From contig OX597819.1 in assembly GCA_951406725.2 (NCBI GenBank), positions 40,672,001-40,736,000 on the forward strand: a stretch of DNA of 64,000 nucleotides, in the 5' to 3' direction. This document shows, piece after piece, positions 61,641 to 64,000 of this stretch; position 1 is the first letter of the stretch, and each line of letters starts with the position of its first letter. The position numbers and the translations under genes are program-made. Source of the stretch: Octopus vulgaris (lineage: Eukaryota). The notes under the pieces are model-generated. The model was not told where the DNA came from. It worked only from the letters and a program-made list of their open reading frames with translations, and searched no databases.

Positions 61641-63580
61641 CTGAAAAAAAAAGAAGGAAAGAATGAGACAGAGACAGAGAGAGTAACGTTGCATATTATT
61701 CATAAATTGAAGAGTTGCAAACTAGCAGAATCATTAACATATCACACAAAATGGTTAGTGGAATTTCTTTTAGTTTTACATTCATCATCATCATCATCCT
61801 CGTTTAGCGTCCACTTTCCATGCTGGCATGGGTTAGATGGTGCAACTGGGGTCTGGGAAGCCAGAAGGCTGCACCAGACTCCAGTCTGATCTGGCAATGT
61901 TTCTACGGCTGGATGCCCTTCCTAACGCCAACCACTCCATGAGTGTAATGGGTGCTTTTTACGTGCCACCTGCACAGGTGCCAGACAAGTCTGGTAAACG
62001 GCCACGGTCTGATGGTGCTTTTTACATGCCACCGGCATGTAAGTTCATATTCCACTGATGTGGATTTTTTGCCTTTTATCCTTTCTGGGTTGATGAAATA
62101 AGTACCAGTTGAGTACTGGAAATGATGTAATTGACTACTTCCTCCTGCCAATATTTCAAGTCTTGTGCCTATAGTTGAAAGGATTATCCATAAACTGAGT
62201 ACAGCAGTCAACAGACAGAATCAACAAGATAACAAAAAAAAAAAAAAAAAAAAAAACTGCCAAATTCACTCTTACTTTTCATTTGTCCAATGTCAATCAG
62301 GGTCCATAAGATAATCAGAAGTAATTATGCAGGGATCAATTGAATGGACTATACTCTCTAATATACTAATATACTAATGTAAGAAATCATTATGATTTCA
62401 GAAATATAAAAATAATATCGATCATGCCTTGTGTTATAATCAGGGGTTCTGAGTGAAATAGGTTGTAAAACAGAACAAAAATGCTTTTGGACCCCAGGGG
62501 CAGATCCTTTGAAAATTCAAAGGGAGAGATTGTTGTGTTGAGAAAAGAGCCCATCAAATATTCCTTGGTTTTCTTGACCCTTGACTGTCTCCACCACTCA
62601 TATAGGCCTTGGCTATAATCACAAAAAATTTGGCACATTTTGGAGATAATAAAAGTGCTTTGTTAGAATCTGTCATTTTAATGTCCATTTTTCCAAACTT
62701 CATGGATCAGAAAGAATTCACTGTGGTAGACTTTCTATGGCCAAACGTGTTTCCAAACAAGGTAATATTTCCCTGTGGCTGGACAGGTTTACACAGAAGA
62801 TTGAAAACAAACAAAACATCTTTTGCTTGCAAGATCATTATTTACAACCAGCAACCACACATGAAGATGAGAGAAAATATGAATTGAATCCACACACACA
62901 TACATTTCTTTCATTCAGTTTCCATCTAACAAATTCATTCACAACGCTTTGGTCAATCTGGAGTTACAGTAAAAGATACTTGCCCATGGCATCACACAGT
63001 GGGTCTGAACCAGGACCATGTGATTGGTAAAGAAACTTCTTAACCACACAGTCAAATGATATCTAATGTTGCCATGTTCTGAAATATATATATGTGTGTG
63101 TGTGTATTCTTTTACTCGTTTCTGTCATTTGACTGTGGCCATGTTGGAGCACTGCCTCAAAGGGTATCAGTCGAAGAAATCGATCCCAGGACTTATTCTT
63201 TGTAAGCCTAGTACTTATTCTATCGGTATTTTTTTCCAAACCACTAAGTTACTGGGACATAAACACACCAGCATCATTTGTTAAGTGATGGTGGAGGGAC
63301 AAACACACATACACACACACAAATATATACATGCACACACGTATATATATATATATATATATACACATACACACACACAATGGGATTCTTCCAGTTTCTG
63401 CTTACCAAATCCACTCACAAGGCTTTGGTTGGCTTGAGGGTATAGGAGAAAACACTTGCCCAAGGTGCCATGCAGTGTGACTGAACCCAGAACCATGTGG
63501 TTGGGAAGCAAGCTTTTTACCACACAGTCACATACATACATGCATGCATACATGCATGCATACATGCATGCATGCATACA

Positions 63581-63613
<33 letters not shown>

Positions 63614-64000
63614 GTCTATGACCTACAAACGTTATGTATCACTGTACTAACAAAAATATTAGGTGTAGCTATACCCTGCTGGTCACAATGCTTCCTCATA
63701 TTGTTGTAGTTTTTGAGTGATGTCATCCTGCTGGCAAGGCAGTCCAATTACCCTTGAACAAAATGCCAGTCGATCGTAGGGTTACCCATTTACAGCCGAG
63801 TGGACTGGAGCAACAGGATATGAAGTGTTTTACTCAAGAACACAATGCATCACCAGTCTGGAAATTGAAACCATAATTTCAAGATTGTGAGTGCAACATT
63901 CTAACCACCAGGCCACATACTCCTTTTAACAGAATTCATATTACCTTTCTGGAACCCAAGGTTCCAGGACGACAGAATGCAACATTTGTTCAACCAGAAT

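Noticed and set aside
62276-62330. Minus-strand gtaag donor near 62275
   Set aside because: No PDPR-like translation and no convincing acceptor.
63945-64000. Minus-strand stretch ending in AG|gtaata, a candidate upstream PDPR exon
   Set aside because: No frame resembles the expected sequence preceding GWKQCGSL. The upstream exons probably lie outside the window.

Overview
AT-rich, repeat-dense eukaryotic genomic DNA. The SINE, RTE and Penelope repeat families and the microsatellite load suggest an octopus or other coleoid cephalopod (inference). The window holds two convergent intron-rich genes. (1) On the - strand, 15 phase-consistent GT-AG exons (61640->25584, 2288 nt, about 762 codons including the stop) encode a PDPR-like protein (pyruvate dehydrogenase phosphatase regulatory subunit; FAD-oxidoreductase + GcvT family). 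Its first coding exons lie beyond the right edge. (2) On the + strand, the 3' part of an uncharacterised gene (exons 2957-4042, 8752-8840, 12366-12626, 15253-15501, probably 17336-17344) encodes a long Asn/Ser-rich disordered region and a roughly 90-aa helical, basic-ended domain. Introns and intergenic DNA contain tRNA-SINEs, RTE/CR1/R4-type LINE ends, a decayed Gypsy element, Tc1/mariner and piggyBac-type MITEs, Helitrons and a GG-ended element with an 8-bp TSD. The most unusual region is 33680-37862, inside a PDPR intron. It is a (TA)n-delimited cluster of Penelope-like (PLE) modules: an uninterrupted GIY-YIG endonuclease ORF with a large Asn-rich insert, a complete type I hammerhead ribozyme in the PDPR sense direction, several near-loopless palindromes, and hammerhead-like folds with non-canonical cores. 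No databases were searched; all family calls come from motif recognition.
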